The notes beneath the pieces were generated by a model that was not told where the DNA came from, did not search any database, and saw only the letters and a list, made by a program, of their open reading frames with translations. Made by a program: the position numbers and the translations under genes. From Eukaryota sp. TZLM1-RC (lineage: Eukaryota; Protista; Metamonada: BaSk clade), in NCBI GenBank assembly GCA_040285825.1, contig JAUPSS010000007.1:1202501-1266500 (forward strand): a DNA stretch of 64,000 nucleotides. The letters are read 5' to 3'. This document shows, one piece after another, positions 23,001 to 34,908 of this stretch (the stretch's first letter is position 1; each line of letters begins with the position of its first letter).

Positions 23001-26000
23001 GTTGCGAATAGAAAAAGGTTGTCTTCCCAAATTAATTCATTTTTTCCGCCAACAACACTTCTTTTGGCACCCAAATCAACCAAAACAGCCGCTTCCCACG
23101 TCCAATCACTTGGAGGTGGTTCGGAGTTTGCTTCTTTCCCTGCAGAGTGCAGGAGTGCGATGAGAATGGCACCCATGTCTAGATGTATGGCTGGAGGTGG
23201 AAGGGATAGTGGAGAAAAGTTGGAGGTCATTCCGTGGTTGGGCAATCAGTCTTCAGTGGTCAAGGTTGATTTTGACCAGGATGGAAAAGGGAAAGTTGAG
23301 ATTGATGATAATGTTTCTTTTGTCAGAGTAATTGTTATTGACGGCGAACGAAGGTTTTTTTATAATTTGCCTATTTTTGTTTCAAAATTTCCACGTGTCA
23401 ATACTCTCTTGACAAGTGCAGTTGAGGTGAGTAATCCTGAGATTGAAAAATTTAAATTAATATTGAAAGATCAAGAACAGCTCACGATTCCCAATTGCGA
23501 CCCTCTTGCTTCAAAATTTCAAATATTGAATTCCCCCGCAATGATTTTTTCAGCCTTTGTTGCATTCAATCCTTCCTTGAAACCAGTGCTGTCATCTTTG
23601 GACTTTGTTAATGACTGGTTTGACCTCTCGACAGATCAAAAAACCCACAAATTTTTAACCAATTATTGTGATGAGCTCCTCTTGTCAATCTTTCTATTTG
23701 ACAAGCCATTCTTTTTGTCTCATCTGAAGCCAATTTTTTCTTCGTCTAGAGGGAGTATTCAGTCTCTGGTTGTTAGAGCGTTTGTTGCTAATGATGAAGA
23801 TATTTTGAATAATTATTCGAAACCCCAGAAATTTCACCTACTAGACAACTTTGAAAAAATCATTGTTATTTGGTGGATTTCGTTGTCTGACATGTCTATT
23901 TGTCAATCAAATTTGATTAAACAGCTTAGATCAGAAGCCCTGAAAATTTCCAATTTTCCACGAAGAAATAATTTTGCTGATTGTATCCTTCAATGTGAGA
24001 ATATTTCAAAAATTCCCTCAATGGAAAGAACGTCTGATAATCGTGAAGTATCTCCAACGACCATGAAAGAAAAATCCCGTTTGGTCAATGACAAGCTACC
24101 TGTCACTGAGATTCTTGTAAATTTTTGTGAATATTTGGTTGGCTTTGAAAGAGGTAATTGTTTCTTGCCCCAAAAATTCCTCTCTCTCGCCGATGATCCC
24201 TCAATGAGCTCTTTTTGTCTCTTTTTCTGTGTTTTATCTTTATCAATCAAAAAGACTGAATATTTTTCCAAATTTGACAAAAATTTGGCAACTCTTGAAT
24301 TACAAAGTGATTCGCCATTGATGGTTCTTCATAAAAATGTTCATTTTGCAGACGAAAACTTCAAAAAGGATTCGAAAATTTTAGTTCGGAGCTCAATTGA
24401 GCCAATCCAAAAACAAAATGATCCCATCTCGTCTTTTTTGATCTCAACTCCATATGTGTTAAAAATTCATATAACCAATATTTCAGTTCGCAAATTAACG
24501 CTCAATATTCTCCAACGACTTCCAGCGACCTTTATCCCTATCGACCAGGCTGAAAATCTTACCTCTCAGTCAGTTTCTCTCCAACCATTTAAGCAATCTG
24601 TTGTTGAAGTTCCCTTTTATTTTCCAAATAAAGGTGAATTCACTGTTCCATCTTGTTCTGTTAGTAGTTTTGGGAAAGTTATAGCGACTTCTGATCCCTT
24701 CACAATCAAAGTGATTGATTTTGATGACGTTAGACAGTCAGCTTCTGATTCGTTAGTTTCGGATTTGAATTTTGCTCAATTGGTTCATGCAAATATTGAT
24801 GATGTTGTTGAATTTTTGAATACCAAATCCCTTAGTGGTTGTGATTTGGGAATGTTACGACATCATACACGTGAGTACAGCTCACTGGTGAAAATTTTGA
24901 CTTGTCTACAAGCTGCTGGCAGATTTGATGCCAGAATTTGGTACTCAATACTCAATTTTTCAACTCAATTTTTGGAAAGTGAATTTTTTATACGCCAGTT
25001 GATCTCTTCTCCTGCTGGTGATCACTTGAGAAGAAAACTTCATCCCAAAATTTCATCAGGTCTGATTGATCTCGATCTTTTTTGTGACAAATCAGGCTCA
25101 TTTGCTAAAAAATTCAATTTTTTTGACCATGTATTGAAGGAATATCACCCTTATATTGAACCTAGGGCTCATTATTTTGACAAAATTCAATCAATTCCTA
25201 ACCAATCATTTTCTGATACAGTCACAAATTTGATGTTTTTTTCGTTGTTTTACAAAGACATTCCAAATTCTGTTCTTTTGCAAATGGTTAATGTTAATTT
25301 GCAATTAAATAATGTTTCACGAGCTCTCATTCTATTCAACCGAATTAAATCTCGAAATTGCCAAAATTTTAGTACCATGATTCAATTCAAATATATTTCT
25401 GAAATTTTGAATTATCGTTGTGGAAAAGAGCTCTCAGTGATCCCTTCTGAGCTTGTCAATCATCCACTGACACGTTGGAGAACAAGATTTTCAGAATTAT
25501 TCGCATTTATTAATGGTGATTTTTTGAAAGCTAAAATTGGTGAATCTGAAAGTATTGGAGATGATCTTGAGTTTGAAAGATTCAAACTTATGGGTCAAAA
25601 AGAACAAAATGTGCTTGAAATTTCTAGAAAAGGAAATGAGCTTCATTTGATCTCTTCTTTCACGAGTGTCAAAATTTCATTTTGGATTTTAAATTTAGAG
25701 CTTTTGTTCTCGTTAAATCCACACTTTGAATCATCAACTTTGATTCCATTTACCAAGCCAGCAGCTAGTTATGAGCATACTTGTTCCAATCAAGACTCCA
25801 TATTTGAAATTCCGGAACATTTGCGGGAGCAATCGTTACTGGTTTCTGTTTCAGGTGGTGGAATTTCCAAAAATTTGGTTATTTCATCAGAAGAGATCAC
25901 TGTAGATTATCACAATGGAAGTTTGTTTGTGGGACGAAATCTTCAAGGTCTTCCTGCTGCATATGTGAAAATTTACGGAAACAATGGTAAAAATGGCAGA

Positions 26001-26141
26001 ATTGAGTTTATCATGGACAATTTCACAGACTTTATGGGAAATATTACGATTTTAAAGCAAATTATGCTAAATAATAGCGAATTATTTGTTTTTGTCTGTA
26101 CAACCAAGGGAGAGTTGGTAATCAAAAATATAACAATTTGA
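20052..26141 (+). CDS. 2029-aa protein resembling the Dictyostelium AbpF / planctomycete giant hypothetical family (macroglobulin-like beta domains)
   Basis: Intact intronless ORF. N-terminal FVEEAFYADDR...EPNSLDY, internal EYHPYIEPRAH and C-terminal LPAAYVKIY...FIMDNFTDFMG recall that family from memory. The CDS is secure; the family call is moderate. Confidence 0.75.
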   Translation: MFDRFRNSSFVEEAFYADDRLAVIERTFEPNSLDYIFWKVIHLQSTTEDFTLEEQKLLKSLSLQNDYISDQLLLRRLFSDFPNLSPENRARLFLFLHTNFPSTPDFRAHTKPSSRMTNRLGSSPDQPPPPPSTLLSDHAGSSAAFDVEDELRKVLENNYFSQLNISAFEFVFSNLGNKDQLKSFFHHIRNSFPNLVYFKNPSSFVKSFFKISNSSFTKSIGDQLALSEMKTLSLFSLSSDYASVIIKCYIDKIKPKFSNPSEIFEFYQDLLKFVDNCKDSFVLCKEYLSYLSFLIETDKSIINAKLLNKITKYFANSSCGSIKRAHDDVIIDPYDVIDEGLITLFSQPNPPSPYDFGKYQSESYRLDLFVSTRLSKNLEVKAKFLEKVSKELLSQSTSAVVCRFSRDTLRHFDLSEAVKLKIEVQNSTCLINVYEVDLPNFYLFNDTDLSTAIKTDGLIPSWSKFLEKSSNQFLEEQVIEIPNSNQRCCLVADVVGQTQSSRVIIWKGNLSIFTFETADGLYVSVLDENESIISDCDLIVYCDGEIVQSTLPGLFLLPHPHRQLESKIVAVYNGFATRVKVVRKDLLLSCELNVVSDQEQLIPDTTAKILVIPFVQLNNSYFDPSNLLNPSVIVTTTTFQGISKRFTTDVSQNQSFLHEFLVPKGLQSITVEFTAQYKHETANQVKNVNSQKTINVNVPKDHGMVNISMRQEDKTKFLFYFRGKAGEPLCRRRVSFELCYRSTSSRSNFELFTDGKGIVNVTCTGVTKIKAQLDSFSQIFYLSKGETICNFVFKPGKFSLPLQSSKENYSHCRLVETVDFRGSIVKNLLQSPKILGSQCGPGYVELDLKPGCYKFSAVSNLSSSDSIVVYNILILPSVISSRDHQLFDSNFGSLRMLNQVSQFHKPLPVLKNIQHGEGKLEVEIIGSSSSNIQIFAVASSFFSNSYPSFQPNGSQSIKNQSIYGEQSKLIGPVSRVESEELLYVANRKRLSSQINSFFPPTTLLLAPKSTKTAASHVQSLGGGSEFASFPAECRSAMRMAPMSRCMAGGGRDSGEKLEVIPWLGNQSSVVKVDFDQDGKGKVEIDDNVSFVRVIVIDGERRFFYNLPIFVSKFPRVNTLLTSAVEVSNPEIEKFKLILKDQEQLTIPNCDPLASKFQILNSPAMIFSAFVAFNPSLKPVLSSLDFVNDWFDLSTDQKTHKFLTNYCDELLLSIFLFDKPFFLSHLKPIFSSSRGSIQSLVVRAFVANDEDILNNYSKPQKFHLLDNFEKIIVIWWISLSDMSICQSNLIKQLRSEALKISNFPRRNNFADCILQCENISKIPSMERTSDNREVSPTTMKEKSRLVNDKLPVTEILVNFCEYLVGFERGNCFLPQKFLSLADDPSMSSFCLFFCVLSLSIKKTEYFSKFDKNLATLELQSDSPLMVLHKNVHFADENFKKDSKILVRSSIEPIQKQNDPISSFLISTPYVLKIHITNISVRKLTLNILQRLPATFIPIDQAENLTSQSVSLQPFKQSVVEVPFYFPNKGEFTVPSCSVSSFGKVIATSDPFTIKVIDFDDVRQSASDSLVSDLNFAQLVHANIDDVVEFLNTKSLSGCDLGMLRHHTREYSSLVKILTCLQAAGRFDARIWYSILNFSTQFLESEFFIRQLISSPAGDHLRRKLHPKISSGLIDLDLFCDKSGSFAKKFNFFDHVLKEYHPYIEPRAHYFDKIQSIPNQSFSDTVTNLMFFSLFYKDIPNSVLLQMVNVNLQLNNVSRALILFNRIKSRNCQNFSTMIQFKYISEILNYRCGKELSVIPSELVNHPLTRWRTRFSELFAFINGDFLKAKIGESESIGDDLEFERFKLMGQKEQNVLEISRKGNELHLISSFTSVKISFWILNLELLFSLNPHFESSTLIPFTKPAASYEHTCSNQDSIFEIPEHLREQSLLVSVSGGGISKNLVISSEEITVDYHNGSLFVGRNLQGLPAAYVKIYGNNGKNGRIEFIMDNFTDFMGNITILKQIMLNNSELFVFVCTTKGELVIKNITI

Positions 26142-26288
26142 TTGATACTTTTTAATCAATTTATTGATTTTAGAATTGTAAATAAATAAAAATAGTATAA
26201 ATAGAAAACAAATCAAACAATAAATTAGATAAATAAAAAATATAGAAAATCAAAAACTCAAAAAACATAAAAATTAAAACAACAATCC

Positions 26289-26693
26289 CTAACCATAATT
26301 GCTCTTCTTCTTGTCTACCAGAAATTTCAATGCAGCTAAGACCACCCTCCTTTCCATATCAACATCCTGATGTAGTAACCTCCTGAGCAATGGAGCTTCC
26401 TTGAGTGCACTGAACGTGATTGATGACGAAGCATTAACATCGTGTTTATTGGTAAAGCATTTGATCTTGGATGGACCTGAGGAGATGAGGCCAGCAGCTT
26501 CGGCCAATCTCTTGCGCTGAATGTTCTTTTGTGTGGGGAAATTTCTACGACGTTCTTCCTTGAAAGCTTCAACTTGTTCCTTGGTATCTAGTGGAGGGAC
26601 AATATACTCAATGTCATGAATGGGTGAAGAGGGTGGTGTCATGTTGTTTGATGTTGAAGAGAAGATGTGAGATCCATCACCAAACTTGGGCAT
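26289..26693 (-). CDS. NUFIP1/Rsa1-like box C/D snoRNP assembly factor (compact)
   Basis: LDTKEQVEAFKEERRRNFPT fits the NUFIP1 PEP motif, and C-terminal LLRRLLHQDVDMERRVVLAALKFLV fits the conserved tail. The start could be the Met at 26642. Confidence 0.75.
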   Translation of the reverse strand: MPKFGDGSHIFSSTSNNMTPPSSPIHDIEYIVPPLDTKEQVEAFKEERRRNFPTQKNIQRKRLAEAAGLISSGPSKIKCFTNKHDVNASSSITFSALKEAPLLRRLLHQDVDMERRVVLAALKFLVDKKKSNYG

Positions 26694-26779
26694 TCGGGAG
26701 TGATGTAAAGGACAAGATATTCACAGCTTGTTAGATGGTTTTAGACAATGAATGAGAGGATTTCTTTCTCCACAAATGA

Positions 26780-28910
26780 AACTGGAATATTTATTGAGAT
26801 AAAAATAACCATCTAGAATTCAATATCCTCCAAACAAGCGTCACTATAACTGAACCTACTCACAGCATTACGTTCATATTCTACACCAATAGCTAAAAGT
26901 GCCTTTGAAATCATTGTTGGAATAGACTTGAAAATGCAAAAAACAATTCTATTTAACCAGAAAGTGGAGTTCATTGTTTTACCAGACCTATTCAGTAACA
27001 CTTTTTTAAAATTTTCCAAAAAGTGCAAGCCTGAAGGTCCAATATTGCCAAAAAGAGAAATTGCAAACGGCACAAACTGATATTTCACATGTTCCACTCT
27101 ACCTAACTGTGCCAAAGGTTCTTCATATTTTTTTATCTTCTTTTTTTCGGCGTTAGATAACGGCGAGTCAGCGGAATACACTAAACGAGCAGCAGAATTT
27201 TTGCAAACATCCACTGAGACAACGTCTACAACATTGAGAACACCATCGATCCCTGGAGCTACTAAATCTGCCCTTCTTTTACCAAAGGAATCATCAGTTT
27301 GATCTGAAGACAGCTTACGTACTAGTGGCTCAATAAATGCCTCTATATTGAAACTTTTGCACATGGCATATAATTGATCACGAACTGAGTCGTGAACAAG
27401 TGAGCGATAAGTTATGAAATACTTACAGTTTAAAATATGGGAAAGCGTAACAACACTCTTGCAGCGACAAATTAAATCATTTGGCAATGAACAAGGCCAT
27501 AGAAAACATCTCAATCTCATTGCAGTGGTCCATTGGTGATCATTAAGTAGAAGGCCGTAAATGTTGGGAATTTGGGAGATTAAGCAACTTGAGCAACTGT
27601 CTTCAAGATCAATCAAAAAGTTTGCAAAAACGGGATTTTTTTCCTTAGCCAAGCTAAGACGTACAATATAATCCAAGTTTTCTAAAACTTTCAAAATTTT
27701 TTTCTGCAATTTTGCAAAAGTCAATGGTAAGGAGAGCAAGCTTCTTGAAGGAAGTTCCACAATATCAGAGGGGAAACATTTAGCCCAAATATTGGGTGAA
27801 AGAGTTTCAATTTCCTGTTGCAAAGAAATAAGATAGGTGCTGCCACAATTTTCAATGAGATGAATTTTTTCAGGAAAACGATTCACAAATTCATAAATAA
27901 AATTCTTTCCACCTCCAATAAAAGCAGCTTTACAAAGGTAGCTTGACTTATGAAAATCAACACCACCAAAATTTGTACCACAAAAAATGTGGCTTCGTAA
28001 CTGAGATGCATCAATTTCCAATAATTTTGCTAAAAAATTAGTTCTTTGTTCATTAAAAATGCGACAGAACTCCAAGGAAATTGATGGTGATGTTGATCTC
28101 AAAATATGAGTAAATTTTCCAGAATAACAGATTTTGAGGAAAAAGAATTTCAAATGTTTCTCAATATTTAAATTTTCTATTGATTCTAATTCATTTCCAA
28201 ATTGAGTCAACAGAGTCGAAAGTTGGCTTTTGACTTCATCAATATTTCCGAGATAACAACCCAAAAAACGAAAACCAGACTGATCATAATTGATAAAGGG
28301 AACATTGACATCATTAATGAAAAAATCAATTGGTTCATGGCCAATAATCAAACATTTGGAGATATTCAATGAGAGACCAATATCTTCGTAACGCTGTTGA
28401 ATAAAAGTTGCTATTTGTTTCAGAATTGTAATAGGAGCAATTACAGAAATGTCATCCATATATGCTACAATATCTATTTCTGGGAACTTTTCTTTCAATT
28501 CGCACATTAATGGATGAATTGCCAGACAAAAGAAAAAAGGACCAAGTGGATCACCTTGTTTAACACCTGAAGACGAAAGCAGGTCAAAATTTTCATAGAC
28601 CAATGTGGATGATTTTCCATAAAATGAATAGAAAAAAGACTCAACTTCAGGAAAATGCTTTTGCAGCAAAGGTAAAATGGAAGAACGAGATACAGAATTG
28701 AAAGCATTCTTAAAATCTAAATTGAAGATGTAATTAGAATCACTAGAATTAAAAAACACATCCGACGAAAGAGCAGCAGAAGAAGCACCATCAATTGTCT
28801 TGATTCCAAATTGAAACGGACTGAAAAATTCCTTGGCTTTTTTTCCAATTCTATTGAAAACAAGAGACGCAAGAATTCTTGAAAATGATTCTCCAATTGC
28901 AATCATTCTC
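26780..28910 (-). mobile_element. 5'-truncated CRE-type retrotransposon with an open RT-RLE frame (ORF 26813-28924); closest intact relative of the 39.6-55.6 kb array
   Basis: IAIGES, QFG, LDFKNAFN, GVKQGDPLGP, AYMDD, FLG, C-x-C/H/C knuckle, RRADL, VVDVVSVD and KIKKY. Confidence 0.95.
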
Positions 28911-28929
28911 CACAAATGCAACAACTATT

Positions 28930-29280
28930 TTTTAACTGGAATATTTAGTGAGATAAAAATAACCATCTAGAATTCAATATCGTTCAAACAAGCGTTACTA
29001 TTGCTAAACCTACTTACAGCATTACGTTCATATTCTACACCGACAGCTAAAAGCGCCTTTGAAATCATTGTAGGAATAGACTGGAAAATGCTTAAAACAA
29101 TTCTATTTAACCAAAAAGTGGAGTTCATTGTTTTACCAGACCTATTCAGTAACACTTGTTTGAAATTTTCCAAAAAGTGCAACCCTGAAGGTCCAATATT
29201 GCCAAAAAAGAAATTGCAAACGCGCAAACTGATATTTCACATGTTCCACTCTATCTAACTGTGCCAAAGGTTCTTTGTAG
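28930..29280 (-). mobile_element. 3' fragment of an array-type dead CRE unit, abutting the duplication breakpoint
   Basis: Near-identical to the 3' ends of array units (e.g. 42320-42660), including their diagnostic frameshift. Confidence 0.88.
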
Positions 29281-29362
29281 AAACAAAGTAGCTGAGGAAG
29301 AAATGGATCAACCACGAACAAAACCAGCCAAATGCACGTTAGACTATCTTTAGGGTTAAAGG

Positions 29363-29670
29363 TTACGCTATCTTGGTTTTGGGCACCACCTCTTCCAGAA
29401 AATCAAACTGATCAATCTCATGACAGGCTTGAGCTACATCTCCATACTGCAGTGTTTTCCTGTTAGACTGTTCACAGAACTTGTATGATTCCTTGGTTAG
29501 TGTTTCTGTAAATAAAACCTGTAATGAGTACTTGCAATGTATCAACAAACAGTAATGTGGGAGAGTACTGCAAGTGCTGGTTTGGATATGTTATTAGTGT
29601 CTGGATCAGCTTTGGCTATTCGCCTGACTCGTGCCAGAGGAATAGTAGTAGAAGGATTCGTTGTTGACAT
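29363..29670 (-). CDS. Histone-fold protein, duplicate copy with the same 32-nt intron
   Basis: Reverse-complement copy of 10703-11010; ATG at 29670, TAA at 29363. Confidence 0.85.
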
Positions 29671-30050
29671 TGGTGCCTTCTGAGCTAGGTAGTATACTGT
29701 TGGTTTTAAGTGTTGATGTTCAACACAGATTTAATTCTTTTGTATAGGCAATTGAATTATTTTACTAAACAACTGTGTTATACAAATTTTGAGTAGAATT
29801 ATTTACTTGAATCAATTTTAATAAGGTAGTTACCTCGGTTGATTGATTGTCGTTGATTGCATAACCTACTGCCTAAAAGTCTTGCAACCTCAGAATTTCG
29901 TGTGGATGGTTAATAGTAAAATTATTTTTTGTTATTTAAAATGTCTTTGGTATTGCTGTACTAATATGATATATTGATAACAATTTAATTCGTATTTATT
30001 GAATTTGCACACTTGATTAAATTAAATCATAACTAATGGGACGACTATTA

Positions 30051-31470
30051 TTAAACCAAGATTTCCTCTAAAAAATCTTGATTTGCTTGCTGTCTAGCTA
30101 AAGCTTCTCTAATTCGATTGAAAAACCGCGGTAATCTATTAATAATGGCAAATTGAATCCGTGAACGCCATAAAAAAATATCAAATCTTTTCATTGTTTT
30201 TTCTTTCACCATTTTTTGGAAGTCATCCAAAAAAGTTTCTGCTTCAACTGATAATCTTCCATTTATCGAAAATGGGAAAGCAATAAAAACCAGCTGTGTA
30301 TTTCTATCGACATTTGCATCTTCAATTTCTTTATCATATTTTCTATGTTTTTCTTTTGCTTTAAAATCCAGAGCAGCCACAGGATTAAGTTTTCTTCTGT
30401 GAACCAAAGTATCGTTTGCAAAATTACATGAGACAAAGTCAACAATAGCTTCAGAATTATCAATCTAATCACAGTATACATCACCTCTATCATCAGAACT
30501 AAAATTATTCAGAGAAAGTGTTTCCTTCAGCAGGGGCTCTTTGATACACGATATCCTTGCAGTTTGTGCCATATTGACAACAGTGTCTCTAACAGCATCA
30601 TGTAATGAAGAACGATAAGTTATCAATTTAGAGCAATTTAGAGCATGGCGCAAAGTGAGTTGAGGTGAATTCGAACAAATACATTTTTCTTTTGATAATA
30701 ATTGGTTAATGGGGATGTTCAAATATAATCTTATTTTTGTTACAAATGCTTCATAAGTGGCACACAATCCAAATCCTCGTGGTACAATGGTTACAAAAAG
30801 TGAAGAATCTGACGCCTTGTTTTCACAAACATCCTTTTCCAATAACAATGAGTGAAGATCTTGATTTAAAACAGCCGAGCTGCAAATATTATTATAAAGA
30901 TCTTTTTCATACATTCCAGTCAATCTTTTCTGTAATGTTCGAAGAGTGTACTTCAAATTTAAAACATTTTTTTCTGGAATGTTGCCATTGAATGATTGGG
31001 GAAAACATCGACCCCATTTTTCTACATCAATTCTTGAAACTTCTTCATTTAATGCAAAAACAGTGGAACTCTGCGTTGTCATCAATAAATCTTCCCAATC
31101 TGCAATTCTTTCGGAAAACTCAAAGATTGCATTTCTGCATCCACCAACAAAAGCACACGAGGTAAGAATAGAAGCCTTCGTCCACCTCAAATCACCATAA
31201 TGTGGACTAAGGTAAGCATGATCTGGAATTTGAAACATTTTACATCCCAGTAATTGAGACAGAACTTTTGCACGTAACTCATTAAACTTTTGAGCCAAAG
31301 GTCTAGTGATGAGAGGATTTGTAGATCGAAATATATGATTAAAATTGGAACTAAAACACAGTCTTATAATGGTAAATTTGATGTGTTTTTTTATATCTAA
31401 ATTCATCATTCGGTCAATTTTGTCAGAAATTGAGTTCAATTTAATTAATAACATTTTAATAATAATTAAT
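30051..31470 (-). mobile_element. Duplicate of the CRE fragment at 8900-10322
   Basis: ORFs 30465-31454 and 30051-30407 are separated by the same TAG. Confidence 0.85.
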
Positions 31471-31483
31471 CAAAAAAATTGAT

Positions 31484-34400
31484 TTATAACATGTTATCAA
31501 AGAGGTCTTTTGTTACTGCTTCACCTTTCAGCATTGATATACACTGGCGAGAAAGATCAAACACCGAAGACAACCCCAATGCAGTTATTAGGTTTCCATC
31601 TACAACAACATTATCAGTCACATACTCAACTCCTTCTATACGCAGTTCTCGGAGCTTCGGGTGATCTACAACCTTTTTGTTGGTGAAGATACTACTCTTC
31701 TTACCAACAGATTCTAAAGCTGTACAGCAGATTGCTAACAACTTTCCATTTGCATGTTGATGCTTAATTAAATCCATCGAGTCAGAACACTTGAGAAACT
31801 CCATCTGTCTGCCTCCAGGTACGACAATCAAGTCAAAAAAGGTTTTTGATGTTATTTCTCCATTTTTTTGTTAAAAATTTATTTTCAACGCTAACAAAAC
31901 ATTAAACAAAAAACTAGAACTCAATATCCTCAATACACGCATCAACATCATCAAATCTTTTAAGCGCGCGATTTTCATACTCTATTCCTAATTGTAACAG
32001 TGCTTTGGTCAACATTTCTGGAATTGCTTTAAGAATACTGAAAACAATTCTATTGTGCCAGAAATTGAAGTTCAATTCTTTTCCTGCTCTTTCTTTTATA
32101 AAACTTCTGAAACCTTCAAGAAATTTAATGCCAGATATTCCAATGTTACCAAAAAGAGAAACAGCAAATGGAACCAACTGATACTTAACATGCTCAACAC
32201 GTCCTAGCTGAGATAAGGGTTCATTGTACTTTTTGATTTTGCTCTTTTCAGCAAAGCAAAGTGGAGTTTCATCTCTTTTAGCAAAGTCAATTGCTGAGTC
32301 TTTACAAACATCAACAGTGACAACATCAACAACTTTAATAACACCATCAGACGCAGGGGTAATTAAATCAGCACGGCGTTTCCCAAAAGTATTTTCATTT
32401 TCATTTTCAGATGACAACCTTCGCACAAGTGGTTCAACAAAAGCTTCAATGTGATGGCTTTTGCACATAGCGTATAGTTGGTCTCTAACAGCATCGTGAA
32501 CAACTGAGCGATATGTAATATTAAATTTGCAATTAAATAAATGATTCAGATTAATGAGCTGACCACAACGACAAATCAAATCATTTGGCACACTACATGG
32601 CCACAGGAAACACCTCATCCTGAAGGCAGTTGTCCATTGATGATCATTTAATAATAAACCATATACATTTGGAATCTGGGAAATAAGACAACTTGAGCTA
32701 CTATCCTTGAGGTCAATTAAAAAGTTTGCAAAAACGGGATTCTTTTCTTTAGCCAAGCTAAGACGAACAGTGAAATCCAAGTTTTCAAAAACTGTTAATA
32801 TCTTTTTCTGCAATTTTGCATATGCAAATTTCAAGGAAATCAAACTCCTGGGTGGAATTTCTTGAATATCAGCAGGAAAGCATTTGGACCATATGTGAGG
32901 AGAGATGCATTCAATTTCACTCTGCAAGGACACTAAATAGTCACTAACACAACATTCTATCAAATGCTGGTTTTCAGGAAAACGTTTCAAAAATTCAAAA
33001 ACGAAATTTTTTCCTCCACCGATGAATGCGGCTTTACACAAATATTTTGATTTGTGAAAATCCAGGCCTCCAAATTCTGTGCTACAAAAAATATGACTAC
33101 GTAAAAAAGAAGAATCAATATCGAGCAAATTAGCCAAAAATTTTGTTCTTAATTCATTAAAAATTCTGCAAAATTCGAGAGAAATAGATGGTGATGTTGA
33201 TCGTAAAATATGAGTAAATTTCCCTGAATAACAAATTCTGAGGAAGAAAAATTTAAGATGTTTTTCAATATTTAAATCTGAAAGAACCATCAATTCTTCT
33301 TCAAAATTATCCAAAAGAGAGGAAAGCTGATTTCGAATTTCATCAAAGTTGCCCAAATAACAACCTAAAAAACGAAATCCTGATTCAAAATAATTGATAA
33401 AAGGAACACTTTGATCATCAATAATGAGATCAGCAGGCTCTCTACCAATCAATAAACATTTGGAAATATTTAGAGAAAGACCAATTTGATAATAGCGCTG
33501 TTGAACAATTTCAGCAATTGTTCTCAATGAATCAATTGGACCAATTATTGATATGTCATCCATATAAGCAGTTATATGAACATCTGGAAATTCTTGTTTT
33601 AATTCACACATTATAGGATGGATAGCAAGGCAGAAAAAGAAAGGACCTAATGGATCACCTTGTTTGACACCAGATGATGATATTAGATTGAATTCCTCAT
33701 AAACAAGAGTTGACTGTGAGCCATAAAAATTGTAAAAGAACGACTCAGCTTCTGGAAAATGAGTTTGAAGCAAGGGCAAGATGGACGACCTCTTCACTGC
33801 ATTGAATGCGTTTTTAAAATCTAAATTAAAAATATAATTCGAAGTATTGGAATTAAAAAAGACATCAGAAGAGAGTGCTGCAGAAGATGCACCATCAACT
33901 GTTTTAATTCCAAATTGGAAAGGACTAAAAAAATCTTTAGCCTTTTTACCAATCCTGCCAAACACAGCTGAAGCAAGAATACGAGACAAAGATTCACCAA
34001 TTGCAATTGGCCTTATTTTTGATTCATTCTTTTTCAAAGCAATTAAGCGTGAACTTGTCATTTCAGATGGAAGCTTGATTTTTAATGTTAAAATTTTGTT
34101 GAAACAGAAAACCAAATCATCAATGCATTCAGAACATTGGTTTATCGTGGATTTTATCATGTCAAAAGTGATCATTGATGGACCAGGCGCTTTTCCAGAT
34201 GGTAATTGGTTTATCAATTTAATTAGTTCATCATTAGTTACGGGATTTTGCTCCCAATAACTTACATTGTTAGGTTTAGGGCACTTAAAATTTTCAACAG
34301 GATGGAGACTCTTTAGTTGAGCAACAGTATTTTCATTACATTCTGCAAGTTCAGAGGAAAACAGGCATTGCTTAGCGGAACCATAGCGTCCCTTTAAAGC

Positions 34401-34908
34401 TAATTTTCGAACAATTTTTTCTTTCTTCATTACTGAAGGACGAAATTTTGATTTTGATGACAATAATTTTTTATCTTTAAGCAAAAAAATTTCCATAGCG
34501 GTGTAACATCCCATATGCCTTTTTTTAAATTGGTGGTAAATTTTCGAAAACTAATTGAAAAGGGGATGCAAGAAAGAGGACTTACCTGTGATGGAACACG
34601 TATTGGAGGCCTCAAGGAATCAACAACTTTACATGATTCACAAAAACGTAATGGTCGACCAGAAGAATTAATGCCCAAATTTTTGGTACAAAATATACAC
34701 TTATTATTCGGAGTATTTCTCCATTGAAACATTCATCTGCACGGAATCCAAGCTTGTGTAGGCCAGTCACCACAAATTCTTTGCAGTAACACTTGAGCAT
34801 GACAACATCAACATCAGCTCTGCGCAGGAAATCAACAACTGATATACATTCAAGTTCTTCTACTCCATCGTAGACAAGAACAGCAGCTTTTGGCTTAGTA
34901 GATGACAT
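31484..34908 (-). pseudogene. DJ-1/PfpI duplicate split by a retrotransposon insertion
   Basis: N-terminal half at 34714-34908 (MSSTKPK...FNGEI) and C-terminal half at 31484-31864 flank the insertion. Confidence 0.93.
31865..34713 (-). mobile_element. CRE-type RT-RLE non-LTR retrotransposon with 12-bp TSD (ORF 31914-34514, 866 aa, plus a frameshifted Cys-rich N-terminal part)
   Basis: TSD TATTTCTCCATT at 31853-31864 and 34714-34725, present once in the empty allele near 8510. Short oligo-A tail. Motifs KAPGPS, IRPIAIGE, QGDPLGP, YMDD, RRADL and KIKKY. Confidence 0.96.

Noticed and set aside
26813-34514. RT ORFs as retron, DGR or group II intron systems
   Set aside because: They have a C-terminal zinc knuckle plus RLE, A-rich tails, 5' truncations and a TSD, all diagnostic of non-LTR retrotransposons.
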